Source of the DNA: Antedon mediterranea
Taxonomy: Eukaryota; Animalia; Echinodermata
Length of the DNA stretch: 64,000 nucleotides
NCBI RefSeq assembly: GCF_964355755.1
Contig: NC_092674.1
Coordinates: forward strand, 10,478,001 to 10,542,000
Direction: 5' to 3'
Within the stretch, counting starts at the first letter, position 1. Each line of letters opens with the position of its first letter. Position numbers and translations under genes: made by a program. A model generated the notes under the pieces. That model ran no database searches. It saw only the letters and a program-made list of their open reading frames with translations, and was not told where the DNA came from. Below are positions 41,735 to 55,798 of this stretch, piece by piece.

Positions 41735-44700
41735 TCATACCGATGTGTTTTTTATTGTTGACCCTAAACACCGGACAATTGATGTTGTAGAAATTGGCAT
41801 CTCAAAAACATGCAATCCAATGAACTGCCAGAATTTTTGTGTCCAACTCGAATACTCTAAATTAAAAATACAATGGGCTTTAAAACTAATGTCAAATCCA
41901 TCAACTGCTGTTAGTCCAGCCTCCACAGCCATGTGATCAATTACTACGTAGTATTGAGTAGGGCATAGTTTAGGTCCAACTGCGAGTATAAATGGCTGCG
42001 TGAAAATACTCCCCTTGTTGCAAGCAAACTCATCTACATCCGTTCCTTCCTGAAATAACAAAGAATGGATTGATAATGATAAAAATGCATTTTAATACCT
42101 TTCCCTGTGTTTGCTTTATTTGACAGGGAAACAGGCCTACAGTATATAAATAGGAAAATGTTTTGACTGAACTTGATAGAGAAATATATAAACATTTTTA
42201 GAATGAATTTTTGAAGATGATAAATGCCGTCGCAAATTCCATGCAGAAACATCTTCCAGTGTTAAGACTTGAGCACACTAATTGGTCAAATCAACTAAGT
42301 CACCAGCTAAATTGACCAAGAAAAGTCAAATCCGAATGCTGGCTATAATTCCAATTAAACAAGACCAATGGTTAATTTTTGTCTAGGTAAAACTAATAAC
42401 GCTGCCTAAAAGACCAATTTAAACATGCGACTCTAGTAAACTCTAAGAGTTCATGACCTTCACCCTGTGGTGGTGGTCAAATTTCAGTAAACCATGGTAA
42501 AACTAACTAAGTTAAATTATCAAAGTGTGAACAATGGTAAAATTTTCAATGACATTGGCTAAAGTTACAATTACAGTGCGGACATGGCTTTAAATATAGA
42601 TACGTAGTAAAAAGACATCTTACAGGAACATATTGAATTAAAAAATCCATCGTTGTCGATATTCCATCACTTTGCATCCTTTCCATATGGTCTCTTTTGG
42701 CCGATGCATTACCATGAAGAAGTTTAAAAACCACAAGGAATGCACAAAGATCACCTAAACGAGAAGAAATAATTGGTTGAATGTTTGGTTAAAAGATTCA
42801 TTACTTACTCAGTAATTCCTTGATAGCACTGGCCTTACTTTGGTCAAACTAACCTAATTTCACCAAAAACAGGCTACAATTCCTTTAGGGTTAAATTACC
42901 CAAGCCAAATATATTTATTTATAATTAATTTTACCATGAAGGAAAAAAAAGTTTTTTCTTCATGATTTAACCACCGCTTACCAAGGTCTCGATAAAACTA
43001 TAAGGTCACCACTGTTACTTATACAGACCACTGCCAGCCCAGTAGAACTTACCATGGTCATGGTAAAACTAGCCACTGTGGCTAAAAAGTCCAAACTGAA
43101 CGTGTCACATGGGAAACACGTGTCAATCATAGTTTTTAACATCACAGTTAAATTTGGTTAAAATCATAAAATTAATGGCGTGAAATTATCCAAGTGCGAA
43201 CAACGGCTACATTTATCGATGACCTTTCAAGTCCAGTGCGAACAAGGCTTTAGAAACACTTACTGTTGCCATTCTCGTAACTTTCGATCAAATCTGTAAT
43301 ATTCTGACTTTCTCTCCTTCCATGGGCTAGTATCCGGTTAACAAAATATGAACTCCATGTTGAAGTAAAATTGTTAACTTTCTCTTTATGAAACATTTCA
43401 AATTCTAAATTTATCTGTAAGGCAAGAAATACACTATTAATAGATTATTGTTATATAGTGCATATAAGCATGTCCTACTGTATGTTTAAGTAAAACAAGA
43501 AATGGCAAAATTGTAATATAAATTAAAAAGCTTGTTGAAAATGGAAAGTCTTTAGCTGGGTCAGCAAAGTGTTCAAAGTAAGACATTGTCTGATTGAAAT
43601 TGGTAGGGAGTAAAAGCCCTCTGATAATGAATACATGTCCAAGCTAACATTGACCACCTGATCTAAGAGATCTAGTAGGCTGGGTAAATATGAAAATACT
43701 GAAGATGTTAAAGCCTAACATAGATTAGGAAGGCAAAATGGATGGAGGGGTGGTTAAACACTCCAATTTGTCACTTTGTTTATTCTCTAGTTTGTGGAGG
43801 ATATATTGAGAGCAGTGGTTTAGCACTTCTAATGGGCTCTTCAATATTGGGTAGTTGCATTGGTGGTGCTCTGGGGCTCTCATGTTCTGGGGCTCCTTAA
43901 GCTCTGAGGCCATGGGTTTAGCCAGTGAGCACTCATAGCTGTTATGCCACTGATGAAAGAGTTGGGTGCAGGTTTTTAGGTGTTCAATAATGGAGAGCTG
44001 TGGAGACAACAATATGAACAACCTTTTCTTTTATTTGATCTTCCATTTTGATTGTTGGTTGTAGTGGCTGCATTTCAATCTCCATAGGTCGTTCATCTTG
44101 TTTCAGTTTTTTTCTTCTTGCATATTTTTTAACTGGTCTGCAAGACAGTCTCAAGTTCTTTAACCTGTATTCTATGAATCCAGCTGCCCCTTTGTAAAAA
44201 TGCTCCTGAAAATTAATAAATGCATGAATATATAAAAATAAACAAATACATAACTTTGTTTGGCAATAATGTACGATAAATTTGAAATTAGTTCAGATGA
44301 GTTATGTTTCTTTTCAATGCTGGCATGTATTATTGTTCTAGATCACTTATAATTAGATGATTCAAAAGGAAAAAGTATCCGCTATTTAGCAATTTTTCAT
44401 CGTTGTACCAGACTAAAGAGAAACATCAAGGATGAACAAAATGGATATAAACATGTTGCCTGGTGGCAACTACAGAATAGGTAATCAGATTTTTATATAC
44501 TGAATTCCATGTCTAGATCTAGTGTGTTTACTAAAACGACTTACATGTCCCTCCATACCAGGTGTTGTATCCTTAGTTGCTGGAAACACTCTGACAATTT
44601 CTTTGGCTAACAATATTTTTTCAGGTGACGTCGGATATCTACAAAAAGTTAAAATGTGTGGCAACAGAAAGGTTATTAGCATAATACTCTAAATTAATCG

Positions 44701-47121
44701 GTATATTTCTCAATGAATTTGGTGCATCACGATTCACACTGGATCTTTTCAATTCAGTTGTAGTTCACTTCACATTTGAGAACTTACGTTGAGCTGCTTT
44801 CAGTTCCAGGTCGACATATGACCTTTATGGTGAAAGAAAGCCCAATTGTAAAGAAAAAATTTCTATTCAAACTGTGTACTACTTACAGTCCTCTTTGCTC
44901 TACTAAAGAAGCAACGCCTAAATTAACAATCAATTTTCTTTGTTTGCTCGTTGGTGGTAGACCACTGTCTTTAACACTGAGGTACTTCCGTCCTTCAACA
45001 TGGTGTCCTAAAGCACTCTCAAGATCAAAAATCTGGACGAAAATGATTGATATTAAGTGGATTAGATTGGATTAAAAAGTGAAAATATCATAACTATTGC
45101 AGATAATGATAAATAATTCCTCCACGTTATAATATCATGAATACTATTTTTATCAATTCAAGAGAATAAAATGAAATAAATTAAATTAATTGGTGTTGGC
45201 TGTTACTGGTTTTTCTAACAGGTATGTTTCTTTTTTCTGAGTACAAACTGAAACTCACTGATATAGATTGACATAATGATGATGTGAATGAAAAAGTAAT
45301 TTCAAATCGATTTTATAAATGAGTATAAAACATTTTAATCTTAAAAGATTGAATTAAATTTATACAGGCAAAACATAAAAACATATAAACATCATTTAAA
45401 TGACTCTCCATTTATGTGTTCAGATTCTTTATTGGTTGTTGGTGGAACTTTCATTACAATTGAATACAAAGCATACAAAAATACTTACGAGAGGTGCCCA
45501 TTCTAAAGGCTTCATGTGCTTTGCATTTTGATGATCATTTATATTTTCAGAAGCAGAGGGAATTATATATGATGTGCTGGGTGCATTTGGTGCTTCATTA
45601 TCCTGAAGGAAAAAACAAATTAGAGTTGATTTACACTCTTAAGCTCTGTCTACATTATCAAACTTTATGCAGCAACAAAAATGTGATGTGCCCATATATG
45701 GACACAATGATGTCACATCACTACCATATTTTTGGGCACATCACACTTTTTTTTCTGTCTATTTATACTCACTGTTGCATAGTACAATTCAGTGCTCATC
45801 CAGGAGTTAGGAGCATCATTCTCCTGCTCTGGGGGTGATGGTATAGGTGGCTCAGATTGTGTCAAATGTTCAGTTTGTGTAGATACAGTTGAAAGTGATT
45901 TACTAATACTATTAACATTTACCTAAAAACAGATGAAAATGAAATATAAATAAATTTAGTGCTGCATGACATAAATTACCAATGTAAGCAAGTTTGTAAG
46001 CAAATTTGTAAACCTGTTGTTTCTAAGGTGCTCTTTTCAAACTACAAAGAGACCAGGCATAGACAGGCCTACTACCCTAGATCAAAGAAGCAATTTGGTA
46101 ACAATCCAGGCTTGCAAGTGATAACTATGTCCTTCCTTTTATATTCTATTTGAAATCTGTACCTTCTTCATGTTTTATATTGTAAGAAATTATATTTTAT
46201 GTTTGTTATAAATGAAAAAAATAAATGTATTTTGATTGACTGATGTGTTTAGATTGCACTTAATAGTGCACAAATAAAAGAAAGAATTTGCATTGTAAAG
46301 GTAGAAATACTGTACACCTAAAAGCAATTCTGGTTTTGGAAAAGTTTCAAGACTTTTAGTGAGTCATATTTTTTTGGGAATGGTAGATGCACTTACATAA
46401 GTTTCTTCAGGCATACTATTAAGCTTTGTAATAACTATGTACAGTTTCCTTCTTTTGCCAAATGATGTAATACCAATGTCCTTTAAGTCTTGTTCTGTAA
46501 CTGTTCTTAGAACCTCCATGTCAACATCATTTTCTATAATAATAAATTTCAATAAAAAAAACATCTCATTAAACTTTAACCATGTGTATACCTAATATAT
46601 GGCATATGGATTCATGATCTCTGCTACATTATACCTGATATGTTTTTTATCCTGACATATAAATATGTTTTTTAAAAAAAATTTCAAAAAATAGAATAAA
46701 TAAAATTACTGTAATCATTTTTAATATTAAATAGGTGTATTTCACAATTCAGTCTAAGGATTTAACATTTATACAGTAAACCATATGCTTGTCTAAGATG
46801 TACAATTCATGGAATTAATATTATATACTGAACATTTTGGAATATCAAAACATTAAAGTAAAGCTTTGAGAATAATATTATTAAATACATTAGAAAAAGT
46901 CGTCAAAATTCTATAAAATTATCCCTTTAATGATTGTTCAATAATTTCAGATCCAATCCTGCAGAGTGACGTCACTCCGCTATGACACAACTAATAATCT
47001 AATCTACCATTATGCAAATCGGCCTTACTGAGTGGCTAGGCCTGGAAACAAAGAAATGCTTACCTTTAAGAACATTTATAACATCATCGTCCACGTTTTT
47101 CGATTTCAAAAATACTTCCAT
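41735..47121 (-). CDS. Spliced SAM-domain / SAMD3-like protein (about 492 aa), a family linked to CACTA/EnSpm transposons. Exons: 47064-47121, 46397-46533, 45773-45922, 45489-45602, 44887-45032, 44545-44638, 44023-44205, 43264-43414, 42624-42754, 41735-42049
   Basis: All ten exons have AG/GT ends and compatible phases (1479 nt, no internal stop). SAM motif ENDVDMEVLRTVTEQDLKDIGITSFGKRRKL; family motifs YPT..EK..LAKEIV..FP, GFIEYRLKN, QPFILAVG, FKAH.IFNLEY. The donor at 44023 is weak. Confidence 0.75.
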
Positions 47122-48170
47122 GATTTATTGGTTGTGCTCAATAACCGTTGTAACATAAATCTTAAAAGTATATAGCACAAAAACGCCTAATCTTAGTGAG
47201 ACTAAAATAAGTCTCTTCGGGATTGAAATCCATGGCGTCGAAGTCTCGTTTCCGTAGTTTTTGACCTTTTCTACTCTTAATGGTGGCGCACTCCGAGTAA
47301 TATTTCAATCACTACCGTATCTAATAATGTGCCTCAGTCAGTGAGATTGAAAAGTTCAAATACGATAGTTTTCAAACGTTATTCACTTTATGTGTTGATC
47401 TGGGCTTCCGTGTTAAATAGAGTTGAGTAATGTATATTTATATTTTAAACGTGATGAATTGAAATTTATTCAAAGTTTACACACACTCTATAAAAAAACA
47501 ATTTTACTGAAATATGTAAATGTTTCTTTTCACGTGTTTTGAATTCTTTTAATAATGTGTAGGCCTACGGTTTCAAATGGAAATATTACAATAATGATAT
47601 TATATATAATATATATTATAATGATGTTCTAACGATAAGACTAAACTCCGGGTTCAAAATGTCTATTGTCTATTACCAAACATATAAATTTTCAAAAACA
47701 TGGAGCCAACTTATTTTTCGCCAGCAATAAAGCATTACAGCGTCGTAAATGTACAACTTTATTATTGCAGTTAAACCACCACCCACACCACCACCCTCCC
47801 CTTAATGGCATGAGTAGCGTTGTAAAGCTATAGGATATGCCTACAGTACGAAGGATCACATGCCCTAGTGTTATTACGACGCCTGAGGGAATAGACACTT
47901 GTGGAAGAGAGATTAGAATGTTCTATTTATCGCAAATGAATACATTTGTATAAACGTATATTAAATCTATCAAAATAGTAGTAGAAAATCGCCAACATTA
48001 TGTTGCTGTACCCGAGCTGTTCAACCGGTTTTCAGCTTTTAAAAACAATTATCGTAGGATGAAGTATTTTTTCACTAAGATAGACATCCATTAGAAAGTG
48101 TATACCACGAGCGGAAAACACCCTATTTGGGGCAAAAAGTTTTAATTGTCAATAACTAATTATCTATAAC

Positions 48171-48324
48171 TTACGAGTTAATATGAGTATAGCGAGGCAT
48201 TTAACGAATAGGCAAACTGCCTAATGTGACATGTTTCGAGAAACAATTCTCATCATCAGAAGAACAGAAAACAACGCCTAGCAGTTTGCATATTCGTTAA
48301 ATCTATACTCATATTAACTCTTAA
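48171..48324. repeat. Inverted repeat enclosing a minimal hammerhead core (minus strand 48228-48259); probable Penelope-like element remnant
   Basis: Arms gagttaatatgagtatag..atttaacgaata.gcaaactgc / gcagtttgcatattcgttaaatctatactcatattaactc. Core CTGATGA-T-GAGAA-ttgt-TTCTC-GAAA-CATGTC. Confidence 0.65.
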
Positions 48325-48685
48325 GTTCAATGGAATCATTCATGATTTATCTATAACTCAATTTAATTAGTAAACAGGCTTACATCGGGTGGTTAAAATC
48401 AGTACCGATTTACCGAATTTATATATAGATTTGTACATTTCAATGTAGGCGTACATGATATACAAAATATAACGACAATAACTTATTATACAACTTATTT
48501 ACAAAATATATTTCTTGTTGATAGTGAGGTGTCTCTCCTGTATGTAGGCCTATTGTCAGGTGCGTTTTAAAATTGCCCCTTACTTTAAATTTCTTACCAC
48601 AGTGCTGACATGGGACTTACATTTTATAATGTGTCCCTCCTGTGTGTACTTTCAAGTGCGTTTTCAAATGGCTAATCCGTTTAAA

Positions 48686-49267
48686 TTAAATAAAGTGCTT
48701 CTTCAAATTCCCTCTTTCTTTAAATTTCTTCCCGCAATGTTCACATTCATATTGTGTCTCTCTTGTGTGTACTTTCAAATGTCTTTTGAAATTCTCATTT
48801 CGTTTAAATTTCTTCCCACAATGTTCACATTCATAAGGTGTCTCTTCTGTGTGTACTTTCAAGTGCTTTTTCAAATGCCCACTCTGTTTGAATTTCTTCC
48901 CACAATGTTCACATTCATAAGGTGTCTCTCCTGTGTGTATTCTAAAGTGCCTTTTCAAACTCCCATTTTGTTTAAATTTCTTTCCACAATGTTCACATTC
49001 ATAAGGTTTCTCTCCTGTGTCTATTCTCAAATGATCTTTCAAATGCCCACTTGTCTCTCCTGTGGGTGTTTTCAAATTCTTCCCGCAATGTTCATTTTCG
49101 TTTGTTGGGTCTTCTTCTTTGTCTATTCTCACTACATTTGTTTTAAAATCATCTTCACATAATCTTGTCTCGTTGTAGTTTTCACACTCTTTTGTATGTA
49201 TTCCTAAATGCACCTTCAAATAAATTATCTCAAATTTATCTCCACAATGTTCACATTTGTATTCCAT
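48686..49267 (-). CDS. C2H2 zinc-finger gene, copy 1 (193 aa; further broken fingers continue to about 48525)
   Basis: [12 protein letters not shown]...H repeats with TGE(K/T)PY linkers. A stop interrupts the last finger. Confidence 0.85.
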   Translation of the reverse strand: MEYKCEHCGDKFEIIYLKVHLGIHTKECENYNETRLCEDDFKTNVVRIDKEEDPTNENEHCGKNLKTPTGETSGHLKDHLRIDTGEKPYECEHCGKKFKQNGSLKRHFRIHTGETPYECEHCGKKFKQSGHLKKHLKVHTEETPYECEHCGKKFKRNENFKRHLKVHTRETQYECEHCGKKFKERGNLKKHFI

Positions 49268-49879
49268 GATGTTTTTCGTTCAATCTTGTAAAAACGTATA
49301 ACTGCATTTAACAGTATCTTTATTATTAATTTTGTGTGAAGAGCTGCTCACAGTTATATATACTGCTGTATACAGTTCTACTGCTGCTGGCTGTAAAGGC
49401 GGTAATCCTCCCGGGTCCGCAAAATACAATCACTTAGCGGACGTGCGCATGCATTCCTTTGTATTCATTTGGGGAGCGGAAAATTATAGTGTAACTACCT
49501 CTTTTTGACGGATATATTGCGGCGTTCTGAAAATGGATTTCAAAAAGGAATATTATTTTCTTTTCCCAATTTTTGCCCTATAATCCATGCCTCGGTCTTT
49601 TTTAAGGAGTCCTTGTATACTTGAAAAAGTAATGTAGGGGATAGATAGGTTGATTGTAAAATACAGTACTTCCTTGGTTGTTTGATAGGTTGGCCTAGAA
49701 TAAAAATATTCTAGTCCCATTGACAACGCAAAGTTGTATTTTTGTTTGAAGTTTAATCAAAAAGACTGAATATGTCATTATTCTACTTTTGTAAAAAGAC
49801 AAAATATACCGTTAAATTCAACTTTTTGCTTTAAATTATATTTTTCAGGTACTATAAGTTTTTTCAGCTCAATCTCTCT

Positions 49880-50130
49880 TAACGACCACACCTCTCGTAA
49901 GTGACGACCTCTTTTAAAAGAGCCACCATCTCTATTAAAGGATCGCTTCTCATAATCGACCATCTCCCGTCACAATGACCTCTCGAAAATGACCACCTTT
50001 AATCATCGTCTCTGTTAATGGACCGCTTCTCATCATTAACCACATCACGTAAGCGACCTCCTCTCTTAACGACCACACCTCTCGTCAATGACGACTCTTT
50101 TAAAGGACCGCTTCTCTTAACGACCAGTTT
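49880..50130. mobile_element. Internal fragment of a repeat-rich non-autonomous DNA element (acgaccac(a)cctctc units; possibly Tc1/mariner-pogo-like)
   Basis: Reiterated taacgaccacacctctcgt / aagcgacc motifs interrupt the ZNF spacer. Confidence 0.5.
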
Positions 50131-50240
50131 AAGTTTCAGATTTATTTCACACATAAATATAACACAATAGATACATTTTTTTTTTCTCTCTTCTTTTAAA
50201 AAAAAATATAAATGATTAAAAAATGTGTGTGGAGATTGCA

Positions 50241-52367
<2,127 letters not shown>

Positions 52368-53711
52368 GAAATATTATTTTCTTTTCCCCATTGTGCCTAA
52401 TAACCCATGCCTCGGTCTTTTTAAAGAAGTCCTTGTATAAGGTTATTAAAAGACTTTGAATAGGTCATTATTCTACTTTCGTAGAAAAAAATAACTGTTA
52501 GAAATCAATTTGTGGACTATAAAAAGACAAAAAAAACCCGTTAAATTCAACCAAAACTCATCAATATGAGTATTTTTTGCTATAAGTTTTTTTAGCTAAA
52601 ATTGTTGGTCAAAGTAAATCCACTATTATGTGACAGTAAAATGGCATAGGACCTATTATAAAAAAAAGTATAAAACATTATTTTTCAGGGGGGCGGGGGA
52701 AAATATATCTTTAATATCAAAACCACTTATTGAATAAACTATTATTGTTGAAGGTTTATTTTATTAAAATAAACTTGTAGTGGCAGCAAAAGCTGAATTG
52801 TAACAATATTTATCAAATATATAAAATGAATTAAAATATTAAAAGTTACAACAAACATCAAAAACATACTTAAACATAAAAAATAACAACAATTAAAAGC
52901 TGGTTTTCATTAGAACGTACAGTCAGCCTATTGCACGCAAGTTGTATAACATGAATGGAACATAAAAACGGTAACAAGAACATCATAGACATTGTATTCC
53001 TAAAAAAAGTGATTTAAAAGGTAGACGAGAAAGTACTATGACTCTTATATTGTATTGCACACTAATTATGTCTCATTAATTAAGTAACGGATAGGACTGT
53101 CTCTCAATTTGTTGGTCCTGTATTTATTTTTCAGATAGGTTACATTTTCCTCATATTACACAAGCTTTCATGCTACAAGGTAAGTAAGAAATAATGGCAT
53201 GGGGTAAAGGGTTATAAGTCATAGCATTATCTTTGGCCGTCGTTAAGTCAGGGACATTGTCTCTTGGTAATTGAAAATACACTATGTGCCAGTGGTGCTA
53301 AAACCTTGACCGCTGGACTTATTGTAGTTTACCAAGGAATATACAATGTTGGGGATTCTCAACATATCGTCATTCACGTGAAGTTGTGCAACTAATTTTT
53401 ATGACGTTTACAATTGCGCAACGTGACTCTTAAACCTTAAAAGAATCGGGTATATTCGACTTTACTTCCAGAGAGGACAAAACAAGTTAGACGCATTGGA
53501 TTGAAACTATTATTATTACTATTAATAATACTTACTATTATTCTGTATAGGAAACTTACTAGCATATTATTAAATAAAACCAATAGTAACTATTACTTAA
53601 TATCTATAACATATCATACATACTACGGTAACTAGTGAAAACAAGAACCATTACTTCTGCAAAAAGAAAGCATATACATGTTGGTTTGATAAATGTGTAC
53701 AGTACAGTATT

Positions 53712-54395
53712 CTAAATCTCTTCTGTGTGTACTCTCAAGTGCCTTTTCAAAATGCTATTCTGATTAAATTTCTTTCCACAATGTTCACATTCAAAATGTG
53801 TTTCTTCTGTGTGTACTCTCAAATGCCTCTTCAAATTCCCACTTTCTTTAAATTTCTTCCCACAATGTTCACATTCATATGGTGTCTCTCCTGTGTGTAC
53901 TCTCAAATGCGTCTTCAAACTCCCATTTTGTTTAAATTTCTTCCCACAATGTTCGCATTCATATGGTGTCTCTCGTGTGTGTATTCTCAAATGCATCTTC
54001 AAATTCCCATTTAGTTTAAATTTCTTCCCACAATGTTCGCATTCATATGGTGTCTCTCGTGTGTGTATTCTCAAATGCATCTTCAAATTTCCATTTTGTT
54101 TAAATTTCTTTCCACAATGTTCACATTCATAAAGTGTCTCTCTTGTGTCTATTCTCAAATGATCTTTCAAATGTCCACTTGTCTCTCCTTTGGGTGTTTT
54201 CAAATTCTTCCCGCAATGTTCATTTTCGTTTGTTGGGTCTTCTTCTTTGTCTATTCTCACTAAATTTGTTTTAAAATCATCTTCACATAATCTTGTCTCG
54301 TTGTAGTTTTCACACTCTTTTGTATGTATTCCTAAATGCACCTTCAAATAAATTAACTCAAATTTATCTCCACAATGTTCACATTTGTATTCCAT
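53712..54395 (-). CDS. C2H2 zinc-finger gene, copy 3 (227 aa from the ATG at 54395; five canonical tandem fingers)
   Basis: Open frame MEYKCEHCGDKF... ending HLRVHTEEI*. Confidence 0.9.
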   Translation of the reverse strand: MEYKCEHCGDKFELIYLKVHLGIHTKECENYNETRLCEDDFKTNLVRIDKEEDPTNENEHCGKNLKTPKGETSGHLKDHLRIDTRETLYECEHCGKKFKQNGNLKMHLRIHTRETPYECEHCGKKFKLNGNLKMHLRIHTRETPYECEHCGKKFKQNGSLKTHLRVHTGETPYECEHCGKKFKESGNLKRHLRVHTEETHFECEHCGKKFNQNSILKRHLRVHTEEI

Positions 54396-54489
54396 GATGT
54401 TTTTCGTTCTTGTAAAAACGTATAACTGCATTAACAGTATCTTTATTATTTTGTGTGAAGAGCTCAGTTATATACTGCAGTTTAACTGC

Positions 54490-54640
54490 TGGCTGGTTGT
54501 AAAGGCGGTAATCCTCCCGGGTCCGCAAAATGCGATCCACTTCGCGAACGTGCGCATTCCTTTGTATTTTTGGGGAGCGGAAAATTATAGTGTAACTACC
54601 TCTTTATGACGGATAATTCGCGGCGTTCTAAAAATGGACC
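54490..54640 (-). promoter_or_regulatory. CpG-rich putative ZNF promoter; equivalents at 49390-49540, 58855-59005 and 62020-62160
   Basis: The only CpG-dense block in each unit, 100-250 bp upstream of the ATG; NRF1-like gtgcgcat(gc) motif. Confidence 0.55.
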
Positions 54641-54799
54641 TCAAAAAGGAATATTATTTTCATTTCCCAATTGTGCACAATAGGCCTAATCCATGCCTCG
54701 GTCTTTCTTAAGGAGTACTTGTATACTTGAAAAAGTAATGTAGGAGATAGATAGGCTGATTGTAATCAATAAAAAATACTCTAGTCCGATTGACAACGC

Positions 54800-55069
54800 A
54801 AAGTTGTATTTTTGTTTGAAGGTTAATAAAAAAGACTTTGAATATGTCAATATTCTACTTTCGTAGAAAAAAACTGTTTAAAAATCAATTTGTGACTTAT
54901 AAAAAGACAAAATAAACCGTTAAATTCAACCAAAACCCATCAATTTGAGTATTTTTTGCTTTAAATTTCAAGGTACTTTAAGTGTTTTCAGCTCAAATTG
55001 TTGGTCAAAGTGAATCCATTATTATGTGACATTAAAATTATTATAAAAAAGAGGGACAATATATCTTTA
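54800..55069. mobile_element. Old TTAA-type MITE present in every ZNF unit; same family at 21119, 24174 and 38695
   Basis: Terminus gggacaatatatctttaa (also near 52714, 59434 and 62648) is the reverse complement of ttaaagatatattgtccc at 38695. Confidence 0.65.
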
Positions 55070-55798
55070 ATATCAAAAATACATTATTATTATTTAAATT
55101 TATTTATTAAAACAAACTTGTAGTGGCAGTAAAAGCTAAATTGTTACAATATTTATACAAAATATAAAATGAATTAAAAGTTATAACAAACATATTTAAA
55201 CATCAAGAATAAAAAAAAAATAAAAGCTGGTTTTCATTAGAACGTACAGTCAGCCTATTGCACGCAAATTGTATAACATGAATGGAACATAAAAAAGGTA
55301 ACAAGAACATCATAGACATTCTTTAAAAAAAAGGTAGACGAGAAAGTACTATGACTCTTATATTGTATTGCACACTAATTATGTCCCATTAATTAAGTAA
55401 CGGATTTGACAGTCTCAATCCGGGTATTTATTTTTCAGCTGGGTTACATTTTCCTCATATTACACAACCTTTCATGCGGCGGGGTTGGTAAGAGATAATG
55501 ACATGGTGCCAACGGGTTATTTAATTTACTTGCAAAGTGTCATAGCATTAGTAAGGAGTAATTATTACCCCATGATTGGTGTGATAGAAATTGCCTGAAC
55601 ATAAATGGCCATAGATAAAAATTGTCATAGAATACTAACACCGACATGGTGTAAGCGAAAGCCAACCAAAGACTGTACATTTTTTATATAAAAATTAACT
55701 GTGTTACTTTGATTAAATATTAGGAGGCAAACATACATTAGGCAGTGATGCTAAAACCTTTGACCACTGGACTTATTGTAGTTTACCAAGGAATATAT

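Noticed and set aside
43725-44021. 98-aa ORF inside the SAMD3-like gene
   Set aside because: It has no recognisable family motif and no workable donor, so I treated it as intron.
44788-44822. 35-nt AG..GTAAGT-bounded segment in the SAMD3-like gene
   Set aside because: Including it breaks the frame, and the flanking exons already join in phase. It could be a poison exon, but nothing supports that here.
38133-47500. CACT-starting motifs (38133, 39369, 47484) as CACTA termini around the SAMD3-like gene
   Set aside because: All are in the same orientation, with no matching inverted partner or TSD found.
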